Shown: positions 30,172 to 39,849 of the stretch, one piece after another
Layout of the letters: every line of letters starts with the position of its first letter
Position numbering within the stretch: position 1 is the stretch's first letter
Assembly (NCBI RefSeq): GCF_016026235.1
Contig: NZ_CP065613.1
From: Escherichia coli
Lineage (GTDB): Bacteria > Pseudomonadota > Gammaproteobacteria > Enterobacterales > Enterobacteriaceae
DNA length: 64,000 bases
Strand: one strand, 5' to 3'
Notes under the pieces: generated by a model
What the model saw: the letters and a program-made list of their open reading frames with translations, nothing else
Told to the model about the DNA's origin: nothing
Database searches by the model: none
Position numbers and translations under genes: made by a program

Positions 30172-31998
30172 TCAGGCTCCTCGTGAAACAATAATCACCA
30201 CCAGTACCGCCAGTTCAACCAGCGCCATCCGGCGGAACAGCAACGCACTCCCCTCGCACTGCCAGCCCGGCACCAGCGACACCGGATTCAGCCATTTGCG
30301 CAGTTTCAGCACCGGCGCAAACGCCTGTTTCACCGGCATGGCAAAACCGTGAGCGGTAATCACCATTGATTTTTCGTGGTCGTAGCCGCACACCCAGGCC
30401 GCGCCGCGGGAACGCGACGGCAAACGATCGCCTTTGCAAATCGCCATAATGATGAATGGCAGCAGCGGGCAGGCAATCAGCAGCAACGTGATCATTGGTT
30501 GAGAAACAGTGGTGTTAGCAGGCTCCAGCGGCAGAGGTACAGCAGCAGAGAGCATCGGCAGCAGCCACGGCGCAGCAACACCGCCAATTACGCAGCAAAT
30601 CGCCAGTGCCACTACGCTTACGCTCATCAGGATCGGTGCACAGGAGGCGTTTTCGGCTTCTTTGGTACGCGGCGCGCCGAGGAACGTGACGCCATAGACT
30701 TTCGCCATACACATCACCGCCAGCGCACCGGTAATTGCCAGACCCACAGCGAGCAGCGGCCCCAGCAGACGGGCAACAAACGCGCCACTATTGCTCAGTT
30801 TGAAAAAGGATTGATAGATAACCCATTCCCCGGCAAAACCGTTCAGTGGCGGCAGCGCAGCCATTGCCATCAGCCCGACTAACATGGCGATGGAGATAAC
30901 CGGCATTTTCTTGCCAATACCACCGAGTTTTTCGATATCGCGATGACCGGTACGGAACCAGACGCTCCCCGCCCCGAGGAACAGTACGCTTTTGAACAGG
31001 CTATGGTTAAGCAGATGGTACAGACCACCGACCAGACCAAGGGCAATCAGCGCCGGTTGTTCGAGCGCGATACCCGTTACGCCAGCGCCCAGCCCCAGCA
31101 GGATAATGCCGATATTTTCCAGGGTGTGGTAAGCCAGCAGGCGCTGGATGTTGTGTTCCATCAACGCATACAGACCACCGACGAACGCGGTGATCATGCC
31201 GAGCACCAGCAGCGCGATCCCCCACCACAGCGGTGCATTACCGCCCAGCAGCGACAGGGTTAAAATGCCCAGCAGGCCAATTTTCATGACTACCGTAGAA
31301 AACAACGCGGCAGCTGGCGCAGAGGCGTTCGCATGTGCCTGCGGCACCCAGCCGTGCAGCGGAATAATCCCGGCCAGCAGGCCAAAGCCAATCACACCGA
31401 GCAGCCAGATATCGGAACCGAGCGGCAGCTGTTGCATACGCATATCCAGCAGGCGCAGATCCAGCGTGCCGTAACGCTGCCACAGCAGCCAGCAAGCAAT
31501 CGCCAGCAGCAGAGTGCCAAGACGCCCCAGCGCAAACCACAGTTTGCCCTCTTTGCTGTTGCTGGTGAGGAACACCGCACACAAGGCCATGACTTCGGCC
31601 ATTACCACGAACATGCCGAGGTTGCTGGCAATGACGGCGCAGACGGCGGCAGCCATCAACATATTGATCTGCAAGCCGTTGCACTTCACCTGCGCGTGGC
31701 GATGCCAGTCAATGTTGTAGAGGCTGACAAACAGACCGCACAGACCGAGCGTAATCAGCCAAATCGCGTTAAGCGGAGAGATTTGCACATCGTAGCTTAC
31801 CAGCGACAGCGCACCGCTCACGCCAACCGCGCCAGTCAGTACAGTGAAGCCCGCGGCTGCCGTATACAGACTACCAACCGCGCCGCCAATTCCGGCTATC
31901 CAGCCGCTTAGCGCCTTTTGAAAAGAAAAGAGAAATGCCAGAACAGCGGCGGCGACAAACCACGCCACGCCGCTATTGATCAGGGAAATTGCGCTCAT
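30172..31998 (-). CDS. hycC: Formate hydrogenlyase membrane subunit, NuoL/antiporter-like (608 aa)
   Basis: Polytopic membrane protein in operon. Confidence 0.93.
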   Translation of the reverse strand: MSAISLINSGVAWFVAAAVLAFLFSFQKALSGWIAGIGGAVGSLYTAAAGFTVLTGAVGVSGALSLVSYDVQISPLNAIWLITLGLCGLFVSLYNIDWHRHAQVKCNGLQINMLMAAAVCAVIASNLGMFVVMAEVMALCAVFLTSNSKEGKLWFALGRLGTLLLAIACWLLWQRYGTLDLRLLDMRMQQLPLGSDIWLLGVIGFGLLAGIIPLHGWVPQAHANASAPAAALFSTVVMKIGLLGILTLSLLGGNAPLWWGIALLVLGMITAFVGGLYALMEHNIQRLLAYHTLENIGIILLGLGAGVTGIALEQPALIALGLVGGLYHLLNHSLFKSVLFLGAGSVWFRTGHRDIEKLGGIGKKMPVISIAMLVGLMAMAALPPLNGFAGEWVIYQSFFKLSNSGAFVARLLGPLLAVGLAITGALAVMCMAKVYGVTFLGAPRTKEAENASCAPILMSVSVVALAICCVIGGVAAPWLLPMLSAAVPLPLEPANTTVSQPMITLLLIACPLLPFIIMAICKGDRLPSRSRGAAWVCGYDHEKSMVITAHGFAMPVKQAFAPVLKLRKWLNPVSLVPGWQCEGSALLFRRMALVELAVLVVIIVSRGA

Positions 31999-32606
31999 TT
32001 AGCCTCTCCACTTTGAGCCTGCTGAAACAAGGTGAGATCGCCAAAGTCCGTGTTAAAGGTCAGCTCACGCTTACGTTTGCTGACGCGGGCGATATCGGTG
32101 TTATCCACCAGATGCAGGGCTTTAGTCGGGCACATCCGCACGCAGGCCGGACCTTGTTCATCAAAGCTACAAAGGTCACATTTGACGGCGATCGCGCGAA
32201 TACCTGGCACCCAGTCAAGCAATGTGCTGACACGCGCCGGAGCAGGCGGTGCCGGTGGCGCTTTCGGGGTATTGGCGTTTGCCGGAATATCCAGCGGACG
32301 GCTGCCGGAAAATTCAATTGCGCCAAACGGGCAGGCGATGCCGCACAGTTTGCAGCTTACGCACAGACTTTCATTCAACTGCACGGCCCCATCAACGCGG
32401 GTGATGGCGTTAACCGGGCAGACCACCGCGCAGGGTGCATCTTCACAGTGGTGACAGAGCTGCGGCGCAGATTCTTTTTCATTTAGCATCACTCTCAGGC
32501 GCGGCATTGATTGCAGGCCGTGCTGGCGATGCGTCTCTGAACAGGCGGCCTCACAAGTGTGGCAGCCGATACAGAGCGTGGAGTCAGCAATTACAAAACG
32601 ATTCAC
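31995..32606 (-). CDS. hycB: Formate hydrogenlyase Fe-S subunit (203 aa)
   Basis: Four Cys clusters. Confidence 0.93.
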   Translation of the reverse strand: MNRFVIADSTLCIGCHTCEAACSETHRQHGLQSMPRLRVMLNEKESAPQLCHHCEDAPCAVVCPVNAITRVDGAVQLNESLCVSCKLCGIACPFGAIEFSGSRPLDIPANANTPKAPPAPPAPARVSTLLDWVPGIRAIAVKCDLCSFDEQGPACVRMCPTKALHLVDNTDIARVSKRKRELTFNTDFGDLTLFQQAQSGEAK

Positions 32607-32730
32607 CAGGCATTCCTCAGGTGATTGTCATTTTTGACGAAAACATGCCGATGAAATGTCATTTTCGACACTCATCGACACGCCCATCCCCAAACAGGCG
32701 TAACGCCTGCAAAACGGGCAAAGCCTCAGC

Positions 32731-33192
32731 TCATGCTGCCGGGCTTTGTCCCTTTACCAGTTGGCTTAAATTCACCGGCACATTGTTTTCAATAGCGGTG
32801 TATAAGCTGTCGTAAACGCCAGCGATTTTTTCGAGATAGTGTTCCAGAACCTGTTCGCGATCGCGGATGTTGACCTTGCCATCAATCATGCCGTCAATGC
32901 TCAGTTGCGCCTGCGCAATCCGCTGTTTGTCTTCGCCATCTTTTGTTTCGACGTAATACTCGATGGTGTGGCTGTTAAAGCCATCCGCCAGGGTGACGTA
33001 AATACGAAAATGTTCAAAAAGGACGAAACAGAGTTCTTTGTCCGGCGCGCAGCTCATGGCGTGATGCAGGCGCGCTTTCGATAACGTGATCCCCTGAACC
33101 AGCGAATTGCAGTAGATGTGCCACTGGTCCTGTAGGCGACGATGCCGCTGTGCGATGTAATCGGCTTTCTCGCTTATTTCCCAAATAGTCAT
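32731..33192 (-). CDS. hycA: Formate hydrogenlyase regulatory protein HycA (153 aa)
   Basis: First gene of hyc operon, divergent from hypA. Confidence 0.92.
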   Translation of the reverse strand: MTIWEISEKADYIAQRHRRLQDQWHIYCNSLVQGITLSKARLHHAMSCAPDKELCFVLFEHFRIYVTLADGFNSHTIEYYVETKDGEDKQRIAQAQLSIDGMIDGKVNIRDREQVLEHYLEKIAGVYDSLYTAIENNVPVNLSQLVKGQSPAA

Positions 33193-33229
33193 TGTCAGGT
33201 TACCCGTTTAACAGAGATGCCAGCTTTAA

Positions 33230-33244
33230 GCATTTTTTGTGCCA
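33230..33244 (-). promoter_or_regulatory. sigma54 promoter of the hyc operon (minus strand TGGCAC-N5-aTGC)
   Basis: Plus strand gcattttttgtgcca is the reverse complement of tggcacaaaaaatgc, about 40 nt upstream of hycA. Confidence 0.7.
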
Positions 33245-33357
33245 ACTTTTAATTTATTGTTATTAAAGCGATTTTTAAGATTTTGGTGAATTTCGTCGCC
33301 GTGTCGACGTGTCATTTCGACATCATCGACATTATTCACTGTAGGGATAATCAACAC

Positions 33358-33373
33358 TGGCACAATTATTGCT
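33358..33373 (+). promoter_or_regulatory. sigma54 promoter of the hyp operon (TGGCAC-N5-TTGCT)
   Basis: tggcacaattattgct, 31 nt upstream of the hypA ATG. Confidence 0.75.
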
Positions 33374-33403
33374 TGTAGCTGGCAATAGTTAATGGGAGGC
33401 GAT

Positions 33404-33754
33404 ATGCACGAAATAACCCTCTGCCAACGGGCACTGGAATTGATCGAACAGCAGGCCGCAAAACACGGCGCAAAACGCGTAACTGGGGTCTGGCTCAAAA
33501 TTGGCGCATTTTCTTGTGTCGAAACCAGCTCTCTTGCCTTTTGTTTTGATCTGGTTTGCCGCGGCAGCGTGGCGGAAGGTTGTAAACTGCACCTCGAAGA
33601 ACAAGAGGCCGAATGCTGGTGTGAAACATGCCAACAGTATGTGACGCTACTGACCCAGCGAGTCCGCCGCTGTCCACAGTGTCATGGTGACATGCTACAG
33701 ATTGTGGCAGACGACGGTTTACAGATTCGGCGGATAGAAATAGACCAGGAGTGA
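33404..33754 (+). CDS. hypA: Hydrogenase nickel-insertion protein HypA (116 aa; start at MHEITLCQ)
   Basis: Zn-finger CxxC...CPQC. Confidence 0.95.
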   Translation: MHEITLCQRALELIEQQAAKHGAKRVTGVWLKIGAFSCVETSSLAFCFDLVCRGSVAEGCKLHLEEQEAECWCETCQQYVTLLTQRVRRCPQCHGDMLQIVADDGLQIRRIEIDQE

Positions 33755-33757
33755 GCG

Positions 33758-34630
33758 ATGTGTACAACATGCGGTTGCGGTGAAGGCAACCTGTATATCG
33801 AGGGTGATGAACATAACCCTCATTCCGCGTTTCGTAGCGCGCCATTTGCCCCGGCGGCACGCCCGAAGATGAAAATCACCGGCATTAAAACGCCTGAATT
33901 TACCCCCAGCCAGACTGAAGAAGGCGACCTGCATTACGGTCATGGCGAAGCGGGCACTCACGCGCCGGGCATGAGCCAGCGCCGGATGCTGGAAGTCGAA
34001 ATTGACGTGCTGGACAAAAATAACCGTCTGGCTGAACGCAACCGCGCGCGCTTTGCTGCCCGCAAGCAACTGGTGCTCAACCTGGTTTCCAGCCCTGGTT
34101 CCGGTAAAACCACCCTGCTGACGGAAACCTTAATGCGCCTGAAAGACAGCGTTCCGTGCGCGGTTATTGAAGGCGATCAGCAAACCGTGAACGATGCCGC
34201 ACGCATTCGCGCTACCGGCACACCAGCGATTCAGGTGAACACCGGTAAAGGCTGCCATCTTGACGCACAGATGATTGCCGACGCCGCACCGCGTCTGCCA
34301 CTGGACGATAACGGTATTCTGTTTATCGAAAACGTTGGCAACCTCGTATGCCCGGCCAGCTTCGATCTCGGTGAAAAACACAAAGTGGCGGTGCTTTCCG
34401 TTACCGAAGGTGAAGACAAACCGCTGAAATATCCGCATATGTTTGCCGCCGCCTCGCTGATGCTGCTCAACAAAGTTGACCTGTTGCCGTATCTCAACTT
34501 TGACGTTGAGAAGTGCATCGCCTGCGCCCGCGAAGTCAATCCAGAAATTGAAATCATCCTTATTTCCGCCACCAGCGGTGAAGGGATGGACCAGTGGCTG
34601 AACTGGCTGGAGACACAGCGATGTGCATAG
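33758..34630 (+). CDS. hypB: Hydrogenase nickel-incorporation GTPase HypB (290 aa)
   Basis: N-terminal MCTTCGCG metal site, P-loop GSPGSGKTT. Confidence 0.95.
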   Translation: MCTTCGCGEGNLYIEGDEHNPHSAFRSAPFAPAARPKMKITGIKTPEFTPSQTEEGDLHYGHGEAGTHAPGMSQRRMLEVEIDVLDKNNRLAERNRARFAARKQLVLNLVSSPGSGKTTLLTETLMRLKDSVPCAVIEGDQQTVNDAARIRATGTPAIQVNTGKGCHLDAQMIADAAPRLPLDDNGILFIENVGNLVCPASFDLGEKHKVAVLSVTEGEDKPLKYPHMFAAASLMLLNKVDLLPYLNFDVEKCIACAREVNPEIEIILISATSGEGMDQWLNWLETQRCA

Positions 34631-34893
34631 GCGTTCCCGGCCAGATCCGCACCATTGACGGCAACCAGGCGAAAGTCGACGTCTGCGGCATTCAGCGCGA
34701 TGTCGATTTAACGTTAGTCGGCAGCTGCGATGAAAACGGTCAGCCGCGCGTGGGCCAGTGGGTACTGGTACACGTTGGCTTTGCCATGAGCGTAATTAAT
34801 GAAGCCGAAGCACGCGACACTCTCGACGCCTTACAAAACATGTTTGACGTTGAGCCGGATGTCGGCGCGCTGTTGTATGGCGAGGAAAAATAA
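34621..34893 (+). CDS. hypC: Hydrogenase maturation chaperone HypC (90 aa; start at MCIGVPGQ)
   Basis: Signature MC(L/I)(G/A)(L/V)P N-terminus. Confidence 0.95.
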   Translation: MCIGVPGQIRTIDGNQAKVDVCGIQRDVDLTLVGSCDENGQPRVGQWVLVHVGFAMSVINEAEARDTLDALQNMFDVEPDVGALLYGEEK

Positions 34894-36014
34894 TGCGTTT
34901 TGTTGATGAATATCGCGCGCCGGAACAGGTGATGCAGTTAATTGAGCATCTGCGCGAACGTGCTTCACATCTCTCTTACACCGCCGAACGCCCTCTGCGG
35001 ATTATGGAAGTGTGCGGTGGTCATACCCACGCCATTTTTAAATTCGGCCTCGACCAGTTACTGCCTGAAAATGTTGAGTTTATCCACGGTCCGGGTTGCC
35101 CAGTGTGCGTACTGCCGATGGGCAGAATCGACACCTGCGTGGAGATTGCCAGCCATCCGGAAGTCATCTTCTGTACCTTTGGCGACGCCATGCGCGTGCC
35201 GGGGAAACAGGGATCGCTGTTGCAGGCAAAAGCACGCGGTGCCGATGTGCGCATCGTTTACTCGCCGATGGATGCGTTGAAACTGGCGCAGGAGAATCCA
35301 ACCCGCAAAGTGGTGTTCTTCGGCTTAGGTTTTGAAACCACCATGCCGACCACCGCCATCACTCTGCAACAGGCGAAAGCGCGTGATGTGCAGAATTTTT
35401 ACTTCTTCTGCCAGCACATTACGCTTATCCCGACGCTTCGCAGTTTGCTGGAACAGCCGGATAACGGTATCGACGCGTTCCTCGCGCCGGGCCACGTTAG
35501 TATGGTTATCGGCACTGATGCCTATAATTTTATCGCCAGCGATTTTCATCGTCCGCTGGTGGTCGCTGGTTTCGAACCCCTTGATCTACTGCAAGGCGTG
35601 GTCATGCTGGTGGAGCAGAAAATAGCGGCCCACAGCAAGGTAGAGAATCAGTATCGTCGGGTGGTACCGGATGCCGGTAACCTGCTGGCGCAACAGGCGA
35701 TTGCCGATGTGTTCTGTGTCAACGGCGACAGCGAATGGCGCGGCTTAGGCGTGATTGAATCTTCTGGCGTGCACCTGACGCCGGATTATCAACGATTCGA
35801 TGCCGAAGCACATTTCCGCCCGGCACCGCAGCAGGTCTGCGATGACCCGCGTGCGCGTTGTGGTGAAGTATTAACGGGCAAATGTAAGCCGCATCAATGC
35901 CCGCTGTTTGGTAACACCTGTAATCCTCAAACCGCGTTTGGTGCGCTGATGGTTTCCTCCGAAGGAGCGTGCGCCGCGTGGTATCAGTATCGTCAGCAGG
36001 AGAGTGAAGCGTGA
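34893..36014 (+). CDS. hypD: Hydrogenase maturation factor HypD (373 aa)
   Basis: CGxH, GPGCPVC and CPVC motifs. Confidence 0.95.
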   Translation: MRFVDEYRAPEQVMQLIEHLRERASHLSYTAERPLRIMEVCGGHTHAIFKFGLDQLLPENVEFIHGPGCPVCVLPMGRIDTCVEIASHPEVIFCTFGDAMRVPGKQGSLLQAKARGADVRIVYSPMDALKLAQENPTRKVVFFGLGFETTMPTTAITLQQAKARDVQNFYFFCQHITLIPTLRSLLEQPDNGIDAFLAPGHVSMVIGTDAYNFIASDFHRPLVVAGFEPLDLLQGVVMLVEQKIAAHSKVENQYRRVVPDAGNLLAQQAIADVFCVNGDSEWRGLGVIESSGVHLTPDYQRFDAEAHFRPAPQQVCDDPRARCGEVLTGKCKPHQCPLFGNTCNPQTAFGALMVSSEGACAAWYQYRQQESEA

Positions 36015-37021
36015 ATAATATCCAACTCGCCCACGGCAGCGGCGGCCAGGCGATGCAGCAATTAATCAACAGCCTGTTTATGGAAGCCTTTGCCAACCCG
36101 TGGCTGGCAGAGCAGGAAGATCAGGCACGTCTTGATCTGGCGCAGCTGGTAGCGGAAGGCGACCGTCTGGCGTTCTCCACCGACAGTTACGTCATTGACC
36201 CGCTGTTCTTTCCTGGCGGTAATATCGGCAAGCTGGCGATTTGCGGCACAGCCAATGACGTTGCGGTCAGTGGTGCCATTCCGCGCTATCTCTCCTGTGG
36301 CTTTATCCTCGAAGAAGGATTGCCGATGGAGACACTGAAAGCCGTAGTGACCAGCATGGCAGAAAACGCGCGCGCGGCAGGCATTGCCATCGTCACTGGC
36401 GATACTAAAGTGGTGCAGCGCGGCGCGGCAGATAAACTGTTTATCAACACCGCTGGCATGGGCGCAATTCCGGCGAATATTCACTGGGGCGCACAGACGC
36501 TAACCGCAGGCGATGTATTACTGGTTAGCGGTACACTCGGCGACCACGGGGCGACTATCCTTAACTTGCGTGAGCAGCTGGGGCTGGATGGCGAACTGGT
36601 CAGCGACTGCGCGGTACTAACGCCGCTTATTCAGACGCTGCGTGACATTCCCGGCGTGAAAGCGCTGCGTGATGCCACCCGTGGTGGTGTAAACGCGGTG
36701 GTACATGAGTTCGCGGCAGCCTGCGGTTGTGGTATTGAAATTTCAGAAGCGGCACTGCCGGTTAAACCAGCCGTGCGCGGCGTTTGCGAACTGCTGGGAC
36801 TGGACGCCCTGAACTTTGCCAACGAAGGCAAACTGGTGATCGCCGTTGAACGCAACGCGGCAGAGCAAGTGCTGGCAGCGTTACATTCCCATCCACTGGG
36901 GAAAGACGCGGCGCTGATTGGTGAAGTGGTGGAACGTAAAGGTGTTCGTCTTGCCGGTCTGTATGGCGTGAAACGAACCCTCGATTTACCACACGCCGAA
37001 CCGCTTCCGCGTATATGCTAA
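36011..37021 (+). CDS. hypE: Hydrogenase maturation carbamoyl dehydratase HypE (336 aa)
   Basis: PurM-like fold; C-terminal PRIC. Confidence 0.95.
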   Translation: MNNIQLAHGSGGQAMQQLINSLFMEAFANPWLAEQEDQARLDLAQLVAEGDRLAFSTDSYVIDPLFFPGGNIGKLAICGTANDVAVSGAIPRYLSCGFILEEGLPMETLKAVVTSMAENARAAGIAIVTGDTKVVQRGAADKLFINTAGMGAIPANIHWGAQTLTAGDVLLVSGTLGDHGATILNLREQLGLDGELVSDCAVLTPLIQTLRDIPGVKALRDATRGGVNAVVHEFAAACGCGIEISEAALPVKPAVRGVCELLGLDALNFANEGKLVIAVERNAAEQVLAALHSHPLGKDAALIGEVVERKGVRLAGLYGVKRTLDLPHAEPLPRIC

Positions 37022-37094
37022 TAAAATTCTAAATCTCCTATAGTTAGTCAATGACCTTTTGCACCGCTTTGCGGTGCTTTCCTGGAAGAACAAA

Positions 37095-39173
37095 ATGTCA
37101 TATACACCGATGAGTGATCTCGGACAGCAAGGGTTGTTCGACATCACTCGGACACTATTGCAGCAGCCCGATCTGGCCTCGCTGTGTGAGGCTCTTTCGC
37201 AACTGGTAAAGCGTTCTGCGCTCGCCGACAACGCGGCTATTGTGTTGTGGCAAGCGCAGACTCAACGTGCGTCTTATTACGCATCGCGTGAAAAAGACAC
37301 CCCCATTAAATATGAAGACGAAACTGTTCTGGCACACGGTCCGGTACGCAGCATTTTGTCGCGCCCTGATACGCTGCATTGCAGTTACGAAGAATTTTGT
37401 GAAACCTGGCCGCAGCTGGCCGCAGGTGGGCTATACCCAAAATTTGGTCACTATTGCCTGATGCCACTGGCGGCGGAAGGGCATATTTTTGGTGGCTGTG
37501 AATTTATTCGTTATGACGATCGCCCCTGGAGCGAAAAAGAGTTCAATCGTCTGCAAACATTTACGCAGATCGTTTCTGTCATCACCGAACAAATCCAGAG
37601 TCGCGTCGTTAACAATGTCGACTATGAGTTGTTATGCCGGGAACGCGATAACTTCCGCATCCTGGTCGCCATCACCAACGCGGTGCTTTCCCGCCTGGAT
37701 ATGGACGAACTGGTCAGCGAAGTCGCCAAAGAAATCCATTACTATTTCGACATTGACGATATCAGCATTGTCTTACGCAGCCACCGTAAAAACAAACTCA
37801 ACATCTACTCCACTCACTATCTTGATAAACAACATCCCGCCCACGAACAGAGCGAAGTCGATGAAGCCGGAACCCTCACCGAACGCGTGTTCAAAAGTAA
37901 AGAGATGCTGCTGATCAATCTCCACGAGCGGGACGATTTAGCCCCCTATGAACGCATGTTGTTCGACACCTGGGGCAACCAGATTCAAACCTTGTGCCTG
38001 TTACCGCTGATGTCTGGCGACACCATGCTGGGCGTGCTGAAACTGGCGCAATGCGAAGAGAAAGTGTTTACCACTACCAATCTGAATTTACTGCGCCAGA
38101 TTGCCGAACGTGTGGCAATCGCTGTCGATAACGCCCTCGCCTATCAGGAAATCCATCGTCTGAAAGAACGGCTGGTTGATGAAAACCTCGCCCTGACCGA
38201 GCAGCTCAACAATGTTGATAGTGAATTTGGCGAGATTATTGGCCGCAGCGAAGCCATGTACAGCGTGCTTAAACAAGTTGAAATGGTGGCGCAAAGTGAC
38301 AGTACCGTGCTGATCCTCGGTGAAACTGGCACGGGTAAAGAGCTGATTGCCCGCGCGATCCATAATCTCAGTGGGCGTAATAATCGCCGCATGGTCAAAA
38401 TGAACTGCGCGGCGATGCCTGCCGGATTACTGGAAAGCGATCTGTTTGGTCATGAGCGTGGGGCTTTTACCGGTGCCAGCGCCCAGCGCATTGGTCGTTT
38501 TGAACTGGCGGATAAAAGCTCCCTGTTCCTCGACGAAGTGGGCGATATGCCACTGGAGTTACAGCCGAAGTTGCTGCGTGTATTGCAGGAACAGGAGTTT
38601 GAACGCCTCGGCAGCAACAAAATCATTCAGACGGACGTGCGTCTAATCGCCGCGACTAACCGCGATCTGAAAAAAATGGTCGCCGACCGTGAGTTCCGTA
38701 GCGATCTCTATTACCGCCTGAACGTATTCCCGATTCACCTTCCGCCACTACGCGAGCGTCCGGAAGATATTCCGCTGCTGGCGAAAGCCTTTACCTTCAA
38801 AATTGCCCGTCGTCTGGGGCGCAATATCGACAGCATTCCTGCCGAGACGTTGCGCACCTTGAGCAATATGGAGTGGCCGGGTAACGTACGCGAACTGGAA
38901 AACGTCATTGAGCGCGCGGTATTGCTAACACGCGGCAACGTGCTGCAGTTGTCATTGCCAGATATTGCTTTACCGGAGCCTGAAACGCCGCCTGCCGCAA
39001 CGGTTGTCGCTCAGGAGGGCGAAGATGAATATCAGTTGATTGTTCGCGTGCTGAAAGAAACTAACGGCGTGGTTGCCGGGCCTAAAGGCGCTGCGCAACG
39101 TCTGGGGCTGAAACGCACGACCCTGCTGTCACGGATGAAGCGACTGGGAATTGATAAATCGGCATTGATTTAA
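37095..39173 (+). CDS. fhlA: Formate hydrogenlyase sigma54 activator FhlA (692 aa; start at MSYTPMSD)
   Basis: GAF domains + AAA+ ([14 protein letters not shown]) + C-terminal HTH. Confidence 0.95.
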   Translation: MSYTPMSDLGQQGLFDITRTLLQQPDLASLCEALSQLVKRSALADNAAIVLWQAQTQRASYYASREKDTPIKYEDETVLAHGPVRSILSRPDTLHCSYEEFCETWPQLAAGGLYPKFGHYCLMPLAAEGHIFGGCEFIRYDDRPWSEKEFNRLQTFTQIVSVITEQIQSRVVNNVDYELLCRERDNFRILVAITNAVLSRLDMDELVSEVAKEIHYYFDIDDISIVLRSHRKNKLNIYSTHYLDKQHPAHEQSEVDEAGTLTERVFKSKEMLLINLHERDDLAPYERMLFDTWGNQIQTLCLLPLMSGDTMLGVLKLAQCEEKVFTTTNLNLLRQIAERVAIAVDNALAYQEIHRLKERLVDENLALTEQLNNVDSEFGEIIGRSEAMYSVLKQVEMVAQSDSTVLILGETGTGKELIARAIHNLSGRNNRRMVKMNCAAMPAGLLESDLFGHERGAFTGASAQRIGRFELADKSSLFLDEVGDMPLELQPKLLRVLQEQEFERLGSNKIIQTDVRLIAATNRDLKKMVADREFRSDLYYRLNVFPIHLPPLRERPEDIPLLAKAFTFKIARRLGRNIDSIPAETLRTLSNMEWPGNVRELENVIERAVLLTRGNVLQLSLPDIALPEPETPPAATVVAQEGEDEYQLIVRVLKETNGVVAGPKGAAQRLGLKRTTLLSRMKRLGIDKSALI

Positions 39174-39181
39174 CTGCAAAT

Positions 39182-39207
39182 TGCCGGACAGATCTGACTG
39201 TCCGGCA
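39182..39207. terminator. Hairpin between convergent fhlA and ygbA (10-bp stem tgccggacag/ctgtccggca)
   Basis: Perfect inverted repeat with 6-nt loop. Confidence 0.6.
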
Positions 39208-39209
39208 TA

Positions 39210-39563
39210 CTATTCACGAGGTTTTTTCGGACGATATTTTTCCGGCAGTTCTGGCACCGGACGCTTGTCATCGATGAGATGACGCACGGTTAAGATCGGA
39301 TGACGCCACAGCATTCTCGGCCCGGCCCAACGCATAATCTGTTTCATCTCTTCACGCTTTGCAGGCTGGTAACAGTGCACCGGACACTGCTTACAGGCTG
39401 GTTTCTCTTCGCCGAACACACATTTATCCAGCCGCTTTTGCGCGTAAACAAACAACGCCTCGTAATGCTCCGGCTCCGCTGACGCCTGCGGGCATTTCGC
39501 TTGATAAAGATCGATCATTTTTTTAATCGTCAGTTTTTCACGAGAGATACGCTTGCCGGACAT
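39210..39563 (-). CDS. ygbA: Conserved Cys-rich protein YgbA (117 aa)
   Basis: K-12 gene order fhlA-ygbA-mutS; size. Confidence 0.85.
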   Translation of the reverse strand: MSGKRISREKLTIKKMIDLYQAKCPQASAEPEHYEALFVYAQKRLDKCVFGEEKPACKQCPVHCYQPAKREEMKQIMRWAGPRMLWRHPILTVRHLIDDKRPVPELPEKYRPKKPRE

Positions 39564-39849
39564 ACTGCCTCCATACTCTTAAGGTGTATTTATACTACAA
39601 CTTAATTTGAAAGGGGACTATGGCTCTGAAGGAGGAGGTTTATTCAACCGACGCAATTTTGCGTACTTGCTTCATAAGCATCACGCAAAAGCTGCAAAAC
39701 AGCATCTTTCCCGGAACCAACATCAAGAACTCGCCGTTCGCTTCTTCCCCTGAAATGATTAACTCCGGTATCATGTGCGCCTTATGTGATTACAACGAAA
39801 ATAAAAACCATCACACCCCATTTAATATCAGGGAACCGGACATAACCCC